Positions 1-8,720 of a stretch of DNA of 64,000 nucleotides are shown here, one piece after another. Position numbers and translations under genes: made by a program. Below the pieces are notes generated by a model. The model searched no databases. It saw only the letters and a list, made by a program, of their open reading frames with translations, and had not been told where the DNA came from. Source of the stretch: Promethearchaeati archaeon. GTDB taxonomy: Archaea > Asgardarchaeota > Heimdallarchaeia > Heimdallarchaeales > Heimdallarchaeaceae. Position 1 is the stretch's first letter. Every line of letters begins with the position of its first letter. Location of the stretch: positions 192,001-256,000 of the forward strand of contig JABLTJ010000001.1 in assembly GCA_013166775.1 (NCBI GenBank), written 5' to 3'.

Positions 1-371
1 AAAGATTTGTTATAGCACTGTTAAAAGAACAATTAGAAGCTTTCATTTAGGGTTAAATTCGAGCACTGGAATCACTTTATTTTTTGCATTCCAATAATTA
101 AAATGACATACTATATAAGTGTCTGAACAAGCGCAAGCTTGAGAGGTACAGCGAGGAAAATTAAAATTAGTCCGTCCATTAATTTCAGTTCTTTTAACGA
201 TCTGCTCCCTCCTGTACCTCCTTTCACCTTGCAAGCTTTATCGTATATTTTGTACTTTTTAATTAGGAAATTTTCTGTATTCCATTAATGTTACAAAGAA
301 TTAATAAAGGAGTTTCATTAGTTTCCATAGATAAAACAATTGAATCCATACAGAAGAAACAAGGCGATTGT

Positions 372-551
372 ATGAGCGAAATAGAAAAGGAAGAGTTACT
401 GAAAAACCTAAAACGACCTACAGATCAAACATCTACAATCGATATGGATGCAGTTGATTTTGTTCTTTTAAAATTAAATGAAATTAGACATGAAGTGAGT
501 CTTAAACTAAAAGATCATGAAAATAAAACAAAGAAAAAAAGCGTATCTTAA
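372..551 (+). CDS. small hypothetical protein (59 aa)
   Basis: ATG at 372 preceded by AAGGCGA; charged helical sequence; no recognisable motif. Confidence 0.45.
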   Translation: MSEIEKEELLKNLKRPTDQTSTIDMDAVDFVLLKLNEIRHEVSLKLKDHENKTKKKSVS

Positions 552-597
552 TTTCATCTGTTAACACTAAAATAAAACTGCTTTTGCTTTCAGAGAA

Positions 598-1809
598 ATG
601 AAATCTATGTTAGATTCGATAAAATATATATCTGATAATTTTGGACCTCGAATAGCGGGTTCAGAAGCTGATCATAAAGCTATTGAATACATTGAACAGC
701 AATTTAGATCATTCTCCTCTGATGTTGAACTAGAATCTTTCCCTGTTGTAGGTAGATCTCTACAATATTTGATACAATTTCTAGTTTGGGGATATTTCAT
801 CTCTACAGTCTTTTACTTTATCTTACCACCATTAGCAATTTTTATATCGATTTTAATGTTGTTAATTTATTATCTAGCTAGATTTCGAGATAAGAACTTA
901 GTTAATATGCTTGTGAAGAAGTCACAAAGTAAAAATGTAATAGCTAAATTTTCTCCAACTGATAAAAAGAAAAAATTGCTTATTTTTTCAGGGCATCATG
1001 ATTCAGCATTTCATATGCCTCTTTTTGAAAAGAATGTTGCGAAAGTTGATTTAATCCAAAATGGTGCAATCTTGGGTATTGTATTTCTACTTGTATCAGG
1101 AATATGGAAATCAATCGCATTCTTTCTACCTTCCGCGGGGATAGTTGAACTCTTTAGTTATAATGTTGGAGTGATTTCTATATCCTGGTGGATTTTGCCT
1201 GATATTCTTTTCATACCTGCGCTTTTTGGATTAATATTGGCATTTTATTTCTTATCGAATATGGTTACAAAAACACCTTTGATAGGTGCAAATGATAATT
1301 TGACTTCAGTTTCAATGCTGATAGCAATAGGGAATTATCTAAAAGAGAATCCTCCAAAAAACTTGGAGGTAAGATTAATATCGTTCGGTGGAGAAGAACC
1401 GGGATTGGTCGGAAGTACTCATTATGTCAATAAACGATTAAATGAACTAAATGATGTGATCAATATTAATTACGAGGTTTTAGGACGCGGAACCCTAGGT
1501 ATTATTTCCAAGGAGAGAGATAATAATGTGATACATGATGAAGAATTGGTTGTTTTCATCCAAGAAGTAGGAAAGAAATTAGAAATGGAATTGCGAGCAA
1601 TTCAAATACATTATGGCAATACAGATGCAGGAAGCTTCTCCAAGAGAGGATTCAAAGGAGCAACTATTGCTTGTTATGGGAAAAATAATGTTTTTGATCT
1701 GTGGCATTCAACAGAAGATACAGATGAAAATGTGGATGAAAAGCTTCTGCAAGAAGCCTATAAACTAACTATTGCAATTATCAAAGAAATGGAAACAGGT
1801 GCGTTTTAG
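598..1809 (+). CDS. membrane-embedded M28 family zinc peptidase
   Basis: GPRIAGS, SGHHDS, GANDN, GGEEPGLVGS, GNTDA and WHSTED motifs; internal TM segments. Confidence 0.85.
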   Translation: MKSMLDSIKYISDNFGPRIAGSEADHKAIEYIEQQFRSFSSDVELESFPVVGRSLQYLIQFLVWGYFISTVFYFILPPLAIFISILMLLIYYLARFRDKNLVNMLVKKSQSKNVIAKFSPTDKKKKLLIFSGHHDSAFHMPLFEKNVAKVDLIQNGAILGIVFLLVSGIWKSIAFFLPSAGIVELFSYNVGVISISWWILPDILFIPALFGLILAFYFLSNMVTKTPLIGANDNLTSVSMLIAIGNYLKENPPKNLEVRLISFGGEEPGLVGSTHYVNKRLNELNDVININYEVLGRGTLGIISKERDNNVIHDEELVVFIQEVGKKLEMELRAIQIHYGNTDAGSFSKRGFKGATIACYGKNNVFDLWHSTEDTDENVDEKLLQEAYKLTIAIIKEMETGAF

Positions 1810-2216
1810 CAATAACATGGTTCTTGAACATATATTGTGATTGTTTTATCGTTGCAATGAACAGTCCAATTTCCTGGGAGAGGAAAAATTATTTGAAATA
1901 AATAATTCATATGATAGAAAATTCCAGGACAGATGACTCTTCTCAGTAATTTAGATTTTATAGTAATAAGAACCGTGTATTCCTGCTTTTCAGAAATCTC
2001 CACAACAGGTGTTTTCATGCGATAACATCCACTAGTTCTAGCAGAAACATTTAGCGTCCATTCTTCTCCTGCTGTAGGATTGAGCTCATATGAGATTATT
2101 GTAACAGGAGGATAGTAGATGTTACTATAGTGAAAATATAGAGGAAGACCTACAGAAAACGAGACTATGATTGCAGCTGTAACAGCTGTAGTAATAATGA
2201 GATTTTTACGATTCAC
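1806..2216 (-). CDS. N-terminally anchored hypothetical exported protein
   Basis: N-terminal hydrophobic helix then a beta-rich domain with several Cys; GTG start. Confidence 0.6.
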   Translation of the reverse strand: MNRKNLIITTAVTAAIIVSFSVGLPLYFHYSNIYYPPVTIISYELNPTAGEEWTLNVSARTSGCYRMKTPVVEISEKQEYTVLITIKSKLLRRVICPGIFYHMNYLFQIIFPLPGNWTVHCNDKTITIYVQEPCYC

Positions 2217-2264
2217 TTTTGTTTAATTAGTGTAGAAACTGATAAAGATTTTGTAAAAGAAATT

Positions 2265-2366
2265 TGGTAGCGCCGAATGGACTTGAACCATTGATCTTCG
2301 GGTTTCTCAACCTTTAAGGTTAGAATTTATGAGCCCGACGGGTTTTCCATGCTACCCCACGGCGCT
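2265..2366 (-). tRNA. initiator tRNA-Met(CAT) with 24-nt intron (2304..2327) and encoded CCA
   Basis: Cloverleaf: AGCGCCG/CGGCGCT acceptor with A1-U72, GGG/CCC in the anticodon stem, anticodon CAT (2329-2331), TTCAAGT T-loop, ACCA end; CTCA/TGAG central helix with 3-nt bulges places the intron at 37/38. Confidence 0.95.
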
Positions 2367-2484
2367 GCGTCTATCAATTTCTTTCAACCTCATTCTTTTA
2401 AGTCTTTTTCTTACTGTTCAATTGAAGGATTTAAGGATTTAAATCATAAGATTTTTTTACTAATGAAATTTAAGATAATCAACG

Positions 2485-3396
2485 ATGCTGTGGATTATTG
2501 TAGCGATTTTATTGGGATTATCCTTACTCACGTGGATTTTCTTAATCTACTCTTTGTTTCAAGAATATCGCTATGCTACTCTTTTCATAGATATGTTACC
2601 TTTCTATCAGCCATTGAACTTCTTTGCTTTACTATCAGTGGTTGTTAGTAGCTATCTTATCCTCTACATCTATGAGTGGTCACCTCCTCAATGGATAGCG
2701 CCTCTAGTACTCAGTATCGGATTAATATTGAACCTTTCCTTAATCTATTTTTTCAGAAAATGGAGTAATTGCTACAAATTGAGTGTGTATGCTGACTTTC
2801 TAGACGAATTAAAAAAGGAACAATACTCAGTAAAGCGTTTTAGTGAATTTAATCAGACTCCACAACTTGATAAAAACAAGATACATGTTTTTCTTAGACA
2901 TGATGTTGATTTATCCCTCAATAGACTCTTAAACATAATAAAAATAGAAAAGGAAAAGAATATCTCTTCTACATTATTTTTCAGATTACATTCTGAAAAA
3001 TATATTTTTGAGAAATCAATACCTATTATACAATATTTGCATTCAGAAGGTTTTGAAATCGGTTTTCATTACGAAGTTTTAAGCCAAACAGAAGGAAATA
3101 CTGAAGAAGCCCTAGTCCTATTTACGAAGGAATTAAATAAATTAAGAGAGTATACACCAATCAAAGTGGTATCCCCTCACGGGGATAAATATTCAAACCA
3201 GAAGATTTGGTCTTTAGTAGACAAAGCAAAACTTGATGTTTGGTCTACTTATGATATGAAAAGAGATATCTATATAACAGATGCAGGTGGGAAGAACATG
3301 TTTAAACAACATGGGTCCCACATCTTTGACAAATTAAAAGAAGCTAAATTAGGAGATGTTGTTCAAATACTAATTCACGCTGATTGGTGGTATTAG
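2485..3396 (+). CDS. membrane-anchored polysaccharide deacetylase-like (NodB-fold) protein
   Basis: About 3 N-terminal TM helices; LRHDVD, EIGFHYE, PHG and LIHADWW motifs. Confidence 0.65.
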   Translation: MLWIIVAILLGLSLLTWIFLIYSLFQEYRYATLFIDMLPFYQPLNFFALLSVVVSSYLILYIYEWSPPQWIAPLVLSIGLILNLSLIYFFRKWSNCYKLSVYADFLDELKKEQYSVKRFSEFNQTPQLDKNKIHVFLRHDVDLSLNRLLNIIKIEKEKNISSTLFFRLHSEKYIFEKSIPIIQYLHSEGFEIGFHYEVLSQTEGNTEEALVLFTKELNKLREYTPIKVVSPHGDKYSNQKIWSLVDKAKLDVWSTYDMKRDIYITDAGGKNMFKQHGSHIFDKLKEAKLGDVVQILIHADWWY

Positions 3397-3417
3397 AGAT
3401 ACTGGAGTAAAAAGCTG

Positions 3418-5253
3418 ATGAGTCTAAAAAGAATTCTTTCAATAATGAAGCGGATGATTACTGACAAGAAGTTTAGAAATACGGTACTTACTAGACTCAC
3501 TCAAGAATATAAACAAGCAGCTCGGCCTATTAATATAGCAACTGAACTTCTCAAAGAAGATAAAGAATTCTTAGCACAACAAAGAATTGCATTTGTTGGC
3601 GGGTGTGAATTAGAATTTATGAAAGAGTTTTTTGAAGCAAATGGCGTTTCATGTTATTTAACATTTGATTATAATGAATCACCTGATCCTAATCTGGTTT
3701 TAAGTGATTTCAAAAGTGGAGTATATACATTCAATCCAAACATTGTTGTTTTGAGTGATGTTCAGTTTATTAGAAGTGAAATAGGTTCTATTCAACATAA
3801 TAAATCCGATTTCAAATCGCAAGATGAGCAGCTGGAATTCGTTAAACAACGACTTCATAATGGTATAAAGCAAGCTAAAACAAAGCTTAATGCAATATAC
3901 TTTATTATGACCTATCCTCTTGTAATAAGACCTGCTTTTGGAAGATTTGATTACAAGAATTTAGAGCGTAGTTATAGTTTAAGAGAGTTTTTGAATAGAT
4001 TGGAATCCTCTTTCTATGATTTAGCAAAACAAGATGAAGATTTGTATGTTCTATCTGTCAATGAAACTTTTCTCAAAGCAGCAACTGGACTTCAAATCAG
4101 AGAAAATGATGCTGATGGCGTTTATGAGCATTTCACAAGAGAGGGTGCAGTTACAATTTCAATGGAACTTGTAGATCATCTCAAGGTTGTGAAAGTTCAT
4201 GGTCGAAAGATAAAATGCGTAGTTTTAGATCTAGATAATACTCTGTGGGATGGAATATTGAGAGATGATGGAGTTGAGGGTATCAATGTCTATCATAATC
4301 GCTTAACAGTACTTAAATTCTTAACACGAAGAGGGATTATTTTAGCAATTGCAAGTAAAAATGACAGCACTATAGAACCATTAGTTAACAAGGTTTTAGG
4401 ACCAATTGCTGAATCTATTGTGGTCAAGAAAATCAGCTGGAATGATAAAGCCCAGAGTATTATGGAAATCGCTGAAGAGCTCAATATAGGACTAGATTCT
4501 GTAGCGTTCTTTGATGATAATCCCTATGAAAGAGATCAAATTGAATTATTTTTGCCAGAAGTCTTAGTTCTACCAGAAACTGACCTAATACACACACTAA
4601 ATAGAGTTGAATTCGAACCAGTTGGTAAATTAACTGATGAGAGTGCAAAACGAACTCAATTGTATGTTGAGCAAAAAAAACGAGAAGTAGATGAAAAGAA
4701 GTTTGCTTTGGATAAAGATGGTTTTCTACTTTCATGTGATTTAGAGATTTGGATGAGGAAAGCTAAAGATGAAAATATTGGAAGAGTAACCGAACTCATA
4801 CAAAGAACAAATCAGCTGAACGCAACTGCTGTACGCTATTCAAAAGATGAGTTATTGGAATTTCATAAGTCACAAGATTATGGAATTTATGTAGTCAATC
4901 TCTATGACCGATATGGAGAATATGGACTAATTGGTGTTACAATTGTTAAGAAAGAGGAAAATAAATGGACGATGGAAATCCTAACTTTCTCATGTAGAGC
5001 AATGGGTAAAACAGTAGAAGAAACATTCCTCTCTTATCTGATTAAAGAAGCAATGAAAGAGGATGTAAAAGTGGTTATTGGAAAATACCAAAAAACTGAA
5101 AGAAATGAAGCTATGGAGAGGCTTTTTACTGAATCGAATTTTAACAAAATTTCGACTGAGGGTGGATTGTTAATTTGGGAATACAATGCGGAAGAAAAGG
5201 GTGTTCCAACTTTTCCTAAATGGTTTAAAATCCTAAGCAAAGAAAAGAAGTAA
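3418..5253 (+). CDS. FkbH-like HAD-IIIC phosphatase/glyceryl transferase with C-terminal GNAT-like domain
   Basis: VVLDLDNTLWDG, ASKN, FFDDNPYER, QRTNQLN, DRYGEYGLIG and SCRAMG motifs. Confidence 0.85.
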   Translation: MSLKRILSIMKRMITDKKFRNTVLTRLTQEYKQAARPINIATELLKEDKEFLAQQRIAFVGGCELEFMKEFFEANGVSCYLTFDYNESPDPNLVLSDFKSGVYTFNPNIVVLSDVQFIRSEIGSIQHNKSDFKSQDEQLEFVKQRLHNGIKQAKTKLNAIYFIMTYPLVIRPAFGRFDYKNLERSYSLREFLNRLESSFYDLAKQDEDLYVLSVNETFLKAATGLQIRENDADGVYEHFTREGAVTISMELVDHLKVVKVHGRKIKCVVLDLDNTLWDGILRDDGVEGINVYHNRLTVLKFLTRRGIILAIASKNDSTIEPLVNKVLGPIAESIVVKKISWNDKAQSIMEIAEELNIGLDSVAFFDDNPYERDQIELFLPEVLVLPETDLIHTLNRVEFEPVGKLTDESAKRTQLYVEQKKREVDEKKFALDKDGFLLSCDLEIWMRKAKDENIGRVTELIQRTNQLNATAVRYSKDELLEFHKSQDYGIYVVNLYDRYGEYGLIGVTIVKKEENKWTMEILTFSCRAMGKTVEETFLSYLIKEAMKEDVKVVIGKYQKTERNEAMERLFTESNFNKISTEGGLLIWEYNAEEKGVPTFPKWFKILSKEKK

Positions 5254-5329
5254 GAAATTTGAGCTTGAGCTTGACCTTAGGTCGTTTTAACGAAAACTTC
5301 ATAACTTTCCTCGAAGAAGATTCTATTAA

Positions 5330-6142
5330 ATGTTTCAAGACTCAGATGAATCTTTATTTGTTCAAAAGGAACGTCTTAGAGTATCAACCATATTTCTCCT
5401 TCTCCTTATAGATGCTATAGTTTATTTTATACCGTACCGTAACAATGTTTCAATTGGAGAATTATTTGGTATATCTCTCTGGTTCTATTTCGGAGTTTTG
5501 AATGCTATGTTGTTGATCCTAGTATATACGCTTGTCAAAGGTCAAGTTATTTTGGATTTCTCATCAAAGAAATTAATTTTCAATGAATTTAAGAGAAAAA
5601 AGAGTTGGGATTTCTCTGAGCTTTTGGGTATCTACCTTTTAGCCTATGAAGGAGAATATCTGATCAGAGTAAGACCAAAACGACTTCTAACCTTGGATGT
5701 TCAAGTTAGTTTTGAACATGCATACAAACTATTAGAGAAATTTGAAGACCTAGGTTATAAATTCAAAACAGTAAGATCAAATGAACCAAAAAGAATTACC
5801 TATCCCTTTCCAGTACTCTTCTCTAAATTTGAGAAGAAATCAGGTGGTTTCAATCCTGAGATACCTGAATGGTATCGCGGAATCACATTTAGAACCAAAA
5901 TGATTTCTATCACTATATCTCCCCTTCTCTATGTAATAGGTGGAACTCTGATAGCACGAATGCCATACCTTGTCGAGGGTCTATCTGCTACAAAGGGGAT
6001 CGTATATTTCATATATATTTTCACTGTCTTTCTTCTCTTCGATGGCGGTTTATATTTTCTGTTTGGTGTATCTTTTCTTGTAGTACTTGCAAAACAAATA
6101 CGCAAGGTCTCTTCTGTATCCCATCAAAGCGATAAACTCTAG
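5330..6142 (+). CDS. hypothetical membrane protein (about 4 TM)
   Basis: Two TM pairs flanking a soluble beta-rich region. Confidence 0.6.
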   Translation: MFQDSDESLFVQKERLRVSTIFLLLLIDAIVYFIPYRNNVSIGELFGISLWFYFGVLNAMLLILVYTLVKGQVILDFSSKKLIFNEFKRKKSWDFSELLGIYLLAYEGEYLIRVRPKRLLTLDVQVSFEHAYKLLEKFEDLGYKFKTVRSNEPKRITYPFPVLFSKFEKKSGGFNPEIPEWYRGITFRTKMISITISPLLYVIGGTLIARMPYLVEGLSATKGIVYFIYIFTVFLLFDGGLYFLFGVSFLVVLAKQIRKVSSVSHQSDKL

Positions 6143-6194
6143 ATTATTGTATCAGAGAGTAAAGTTAATTTTGTATGAAATTCTAAATGTGTTG

Positions 6195-6746
6195 ATGGAG
6201 TATCCTGGTTTACTTATTTCAAGTGCAAGAACTTTGGAAAGAAGTGCTTCAAGTGAGGTTTATTATTTATTATCAGAAATTCTAGGTTGCTCTGATATTG
6301 ATGTAAAACCTGTTAGAGAAATACCTGGGTTATCAATTGCAACTTTTTCTGATGACCCTATCCTTATACTTGAAAAAATAAGAACAGAGATTGAACAAGA
6401 TCAATCGTTTTTCCAATATACACTGAAAATAATACCAATTCAATACAGAACAAGTACATCACTAGACAATCTTAGCCAAATAGCTTTAATCTTCAATGAT
6501 ATAATTGATAATGATAAAACTTGGAGGATAAATCTTCGTCGTCGACATTCGCAGCTTTCCAGAGAAGAAATTATAGGTGCTGTAGCTGAAAAAATTACTA
6601 AAGGCAAAGTAATGCTAGAAAACTCAGATTATTACATTTATATTGAAACTCTTGGGAAATGGACCTACTTATCAATATCAAACCAACCTGAATTCTCAAT
6701 CTCAAAACTAAAGATTGATGAGAATAATGATACTTTTACTTTCTAA
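6195..6746 (+). CDS. THUMP-domain RNA-binding protein (Tan1/THUMPD1-like)
   Basis: LKIIPIQ, TWRINLRRRH, SREEIIGAVA and DYYIYIETLG pattern; ATG 6195 preferred over TTG 6087. Confidence 0.75.
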   Translation: MEYPGLLISSARTLERSASSEVYYLLSEILGCSDIDVKPVREIPGLSIATFSDDPILILEKIRTEIEQDQSFFQYTLKIIPIQYRTSTSLDNLSQIALIFNDIIDNDKTWRINLRRRHSQLSREEIIGAVAEKITKGKVMLENSDYYIYIETLGKWTYLSISNQPEFSISKLKIDENNDTFTF

Positions 6747-6760
6747 TCTTGAAGGTTAAA

Positions 6761-6790
6761 GGAAAAAATAAAAAAATAAAGGGGAAAGTT
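6761..6790 (-). terminator. U-rich archaeal terminator downstream of the histone gene
   Basis: Minus strand reads TTTATTTTTTTATTTTTTCC about 50 nt after the histone stop. Confidence 0.45.
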
Positions 6791-6829
6791 TTAACTTTCT
6801 TTTACTTATCTTAGAGGTCTCTGGCTTTC

Positions 6830-7000
6830 TTAAAGGTCTCTTGCGGAAACTGTCTTTCTTCCATTTGCTTTAGCTCTGTTAGCTGCTAACTTAACGATTT
6901 TAGCTACTTTTTCGTCTAAAGCTTTTAGAAGATCTCCACCAACCTTATAATCACCGAGTTCTTTGACATAATCTCGAACTTTAGATTGCACGATCATCAT
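6830..7000 (-). CDS. short archaeal histone, truncated-alpha3 (face-to-face/HTkC-like) type, 56 aa; not in ORF track
   Basis: Translation MMIVQSKVRDYVKELGDYKVGGDLLKALDEKVAKIVKLAANRAKANGRKTVSARDL; RAxxxGRKTV...RDL histone L2/alpha3 signature; TATA-like TTTTTAATAA about 70 nt upstream. Confidence 0.9.
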   Translation of the reverse strand: MMIVQSKVRDYVKELGDYKVGGDLLKALDEKVAKIVKLAANRAKANGRKTVSARDL

Positions 7001-7308
7001 TTTAGATGCACTTCTGTCGGTTTTTGACTTACCTAGAGGGTAAGTACGTGATAACCTTGGAATCCTTATTAAAAACCTTTTCGGTCATGTCGAAAAATTC
7101 GCGTATTACAAACCGTCTAATTAAAGAATACAAGAAATTAGATTTTTTTAGGGCTTTAAACATTAATATTATCAAGCTAGAACTCATTTCGCTCTTAAAT
7201 TGCATTCTTTTAAGGATTCTGCCCGAGTTACAACGATTTAAATGCAACAGAAAATCGTCTCAAATTTCACTATAAAATGAGAGAAAAAATTGTTTATAAA
7301 TTAAGTTT

Positions 7309-8595
7309 TCATAGATTTTCGCTTAGAAGCTTTCCTAGTTTTCTAACACCAACATCAATCATTTCTTTGGGTAAGAGTGAGTAACCTATTCTCATTCCTC
7401 CTCTTATCACCTTCAGATGCTCTATTTTTCTCGCTTCTGGATCATATGAATGTCCACTAGGTGGATAAAAAGCAGAACCTGGAACAACTAGAATCTCGTT
7501 TGGGAGTAAAATTTCTTGGTTGAATTTATTGACGTCAAAGGTAAGAGCCTTTTCATCCTTTGGTTGCCACCAGATAAAGAATCCTCCTGTTGGATTAGTA
7601 TATTCACCTTCTGGAAAAGTATCTAAAAGCGCATTATATGCAGCCTCTTTTTGTCTTTTATATTTCTGAAGAATCGTGGGTAATTCCTTATCTATATATT
7701 TTACATAGTATAATTCGGCAATTCTTTGAGTGATTGTAGGAGTACACAGATCTAAATATCCTTTTGATTTTTCAGCTTCGTAATGAAGCCTATCAGGCAT
7801 AAATGTGTAACCTATTCGTAATGGTGCAGCTTCTTTTGAAGATGACGATGCATAAATAACTCGTGAATTATCTTTATCTAAGGTTTTTAGAGATGGAATT
7901 CTTTCTTCGAACTGCATCTCTTTATATGCACTATCACTGAGAATAATTACATCGTGCTCTTCTGCTATATTGTATAATTGTTCTCTTCTTCTAAATGGGA
8001 GTGTTGTACCTTTGGGATTGTCACTATCTTCGACTACGTATAGGATTTTCACTTTCCTACCAAATTTCTTTTCCGCTTTAATGATAGTGTCTTCAACATA
8101 TTCTGGTATCAAACCTTCAGAATCTGTAGGTGCTGTAACAACATGTCCTCGCTTTTTAACAATTGCAGTTACAAAACCTAAATATGCTGGTGAAGGCGTT
8201 ACGACAATATCTCCAGGATTAATCAAAATATCCAAGGCAATGTAAATTGCCTGCTGAGAACCTGTGGTTATTAATATCTTCTCCCAATCTTCAGCACCAC
8301 TGATATAATCTATTTTATCTCTTCTACGGATTCTTTCTGCAAGTACTTTTCTTAGTGAAGGAATTCCTGCAGTAGGACCATACTGAAATTCATTGATAAC
8401 ATTCTGCTCATCAGAATCATAGTAATCCGCAAGTTCTCTCAAAATCTCTGGAAAAATTTTTGTGGGGAGGTTTCCAGGTAATCCTCCTGCAAGATAATAT
8501 TTAGTTTTGCTCTTTAGTAATCTTCGTATTTCGCTTTCGGGGACTTCTTGTGTCCAATCAGCTAAAATCTTCCTCATTGGATCCATTTCATTCAC
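7309..8595 (-). CDS. PLP-dependent class I/II aminotransferase (LysN/ARO8-like)
   Basis: LAGGLP, QYGPTAG, ITTGSQQA, NPKGTT, DSAY, SSSK (PLP Lys) and GGFFIW motifs. Confidence 0.85.
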   Translation of the reverse strand: MNEMDPMRKILADWTQEVPESEIRRLLKSKTKYYLAGGLPGNLPTKIFPEILRELADYYDSDEQNVINEFQYGPTAGIPSLRKVLAERIRRRDKIDYISGAEDWEKILITTGSQQAIYIALDILINPGDIVVTPSPAYLGFVTAIVKKRGHVVTAPTDSEGLIPEYVEDTIIKAEKKFGRKVKILYVVEDSDNPKGTTLPFRRREQLYNIAEEHDVIILSDSAYKEMQFEERIPSLKTLDKDNSRVIYASSSSKEAAPLRIGYTFMPDRLHYEAEKSKGYLDLCTPTITQRIAELYYVKYIDKELPTILQKYKRQKEAAYNALLDTFPEGEYTNPTGGFFIWWQPKDEKALTFDVNKFNQEILLPNEILVVPGSAFYPPSGHSYDPEARKIEHLKVIRGGMRIGYSLLPKEMIDVGVRKLGKLLSENL

Positions 8596-8720
8596 TCCAT
8601 ACTCAAGTATGTGTTCTCAAACTGTGTTCAATAAAATCTGTATATCAAAAAAACCTTTCCCTATCACACTATATAAAAAAATCCCGTTAGATTTTTGAAT
8701 TACCCTCTTAAATATGAAAT

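Noticed and set aside
2349-2648. 99-aa plus-strand ORF
   Set aside because: Starts inside the tRNA gene and overlaps the 2485..3396 CDS in another frame.
5259-5300. TTGAGC x2-3 micro-repeat and tiny hairpins
   Set aside because: Too short to distinguish from chance; not CRISPR-like.
2217-6142. Integrated element at the tRNA
   Set aside because: No integrase and no duplicated tRNA 3' end seen in the window.
7006-7275. Opposing 89-aa and 72-aa ORFs upstream of the histone gene
   Set aside because: They overlap the histone promoter and leader and have no recognisable features; more likely regulatory DNA, although a small gene cannot be excluded.
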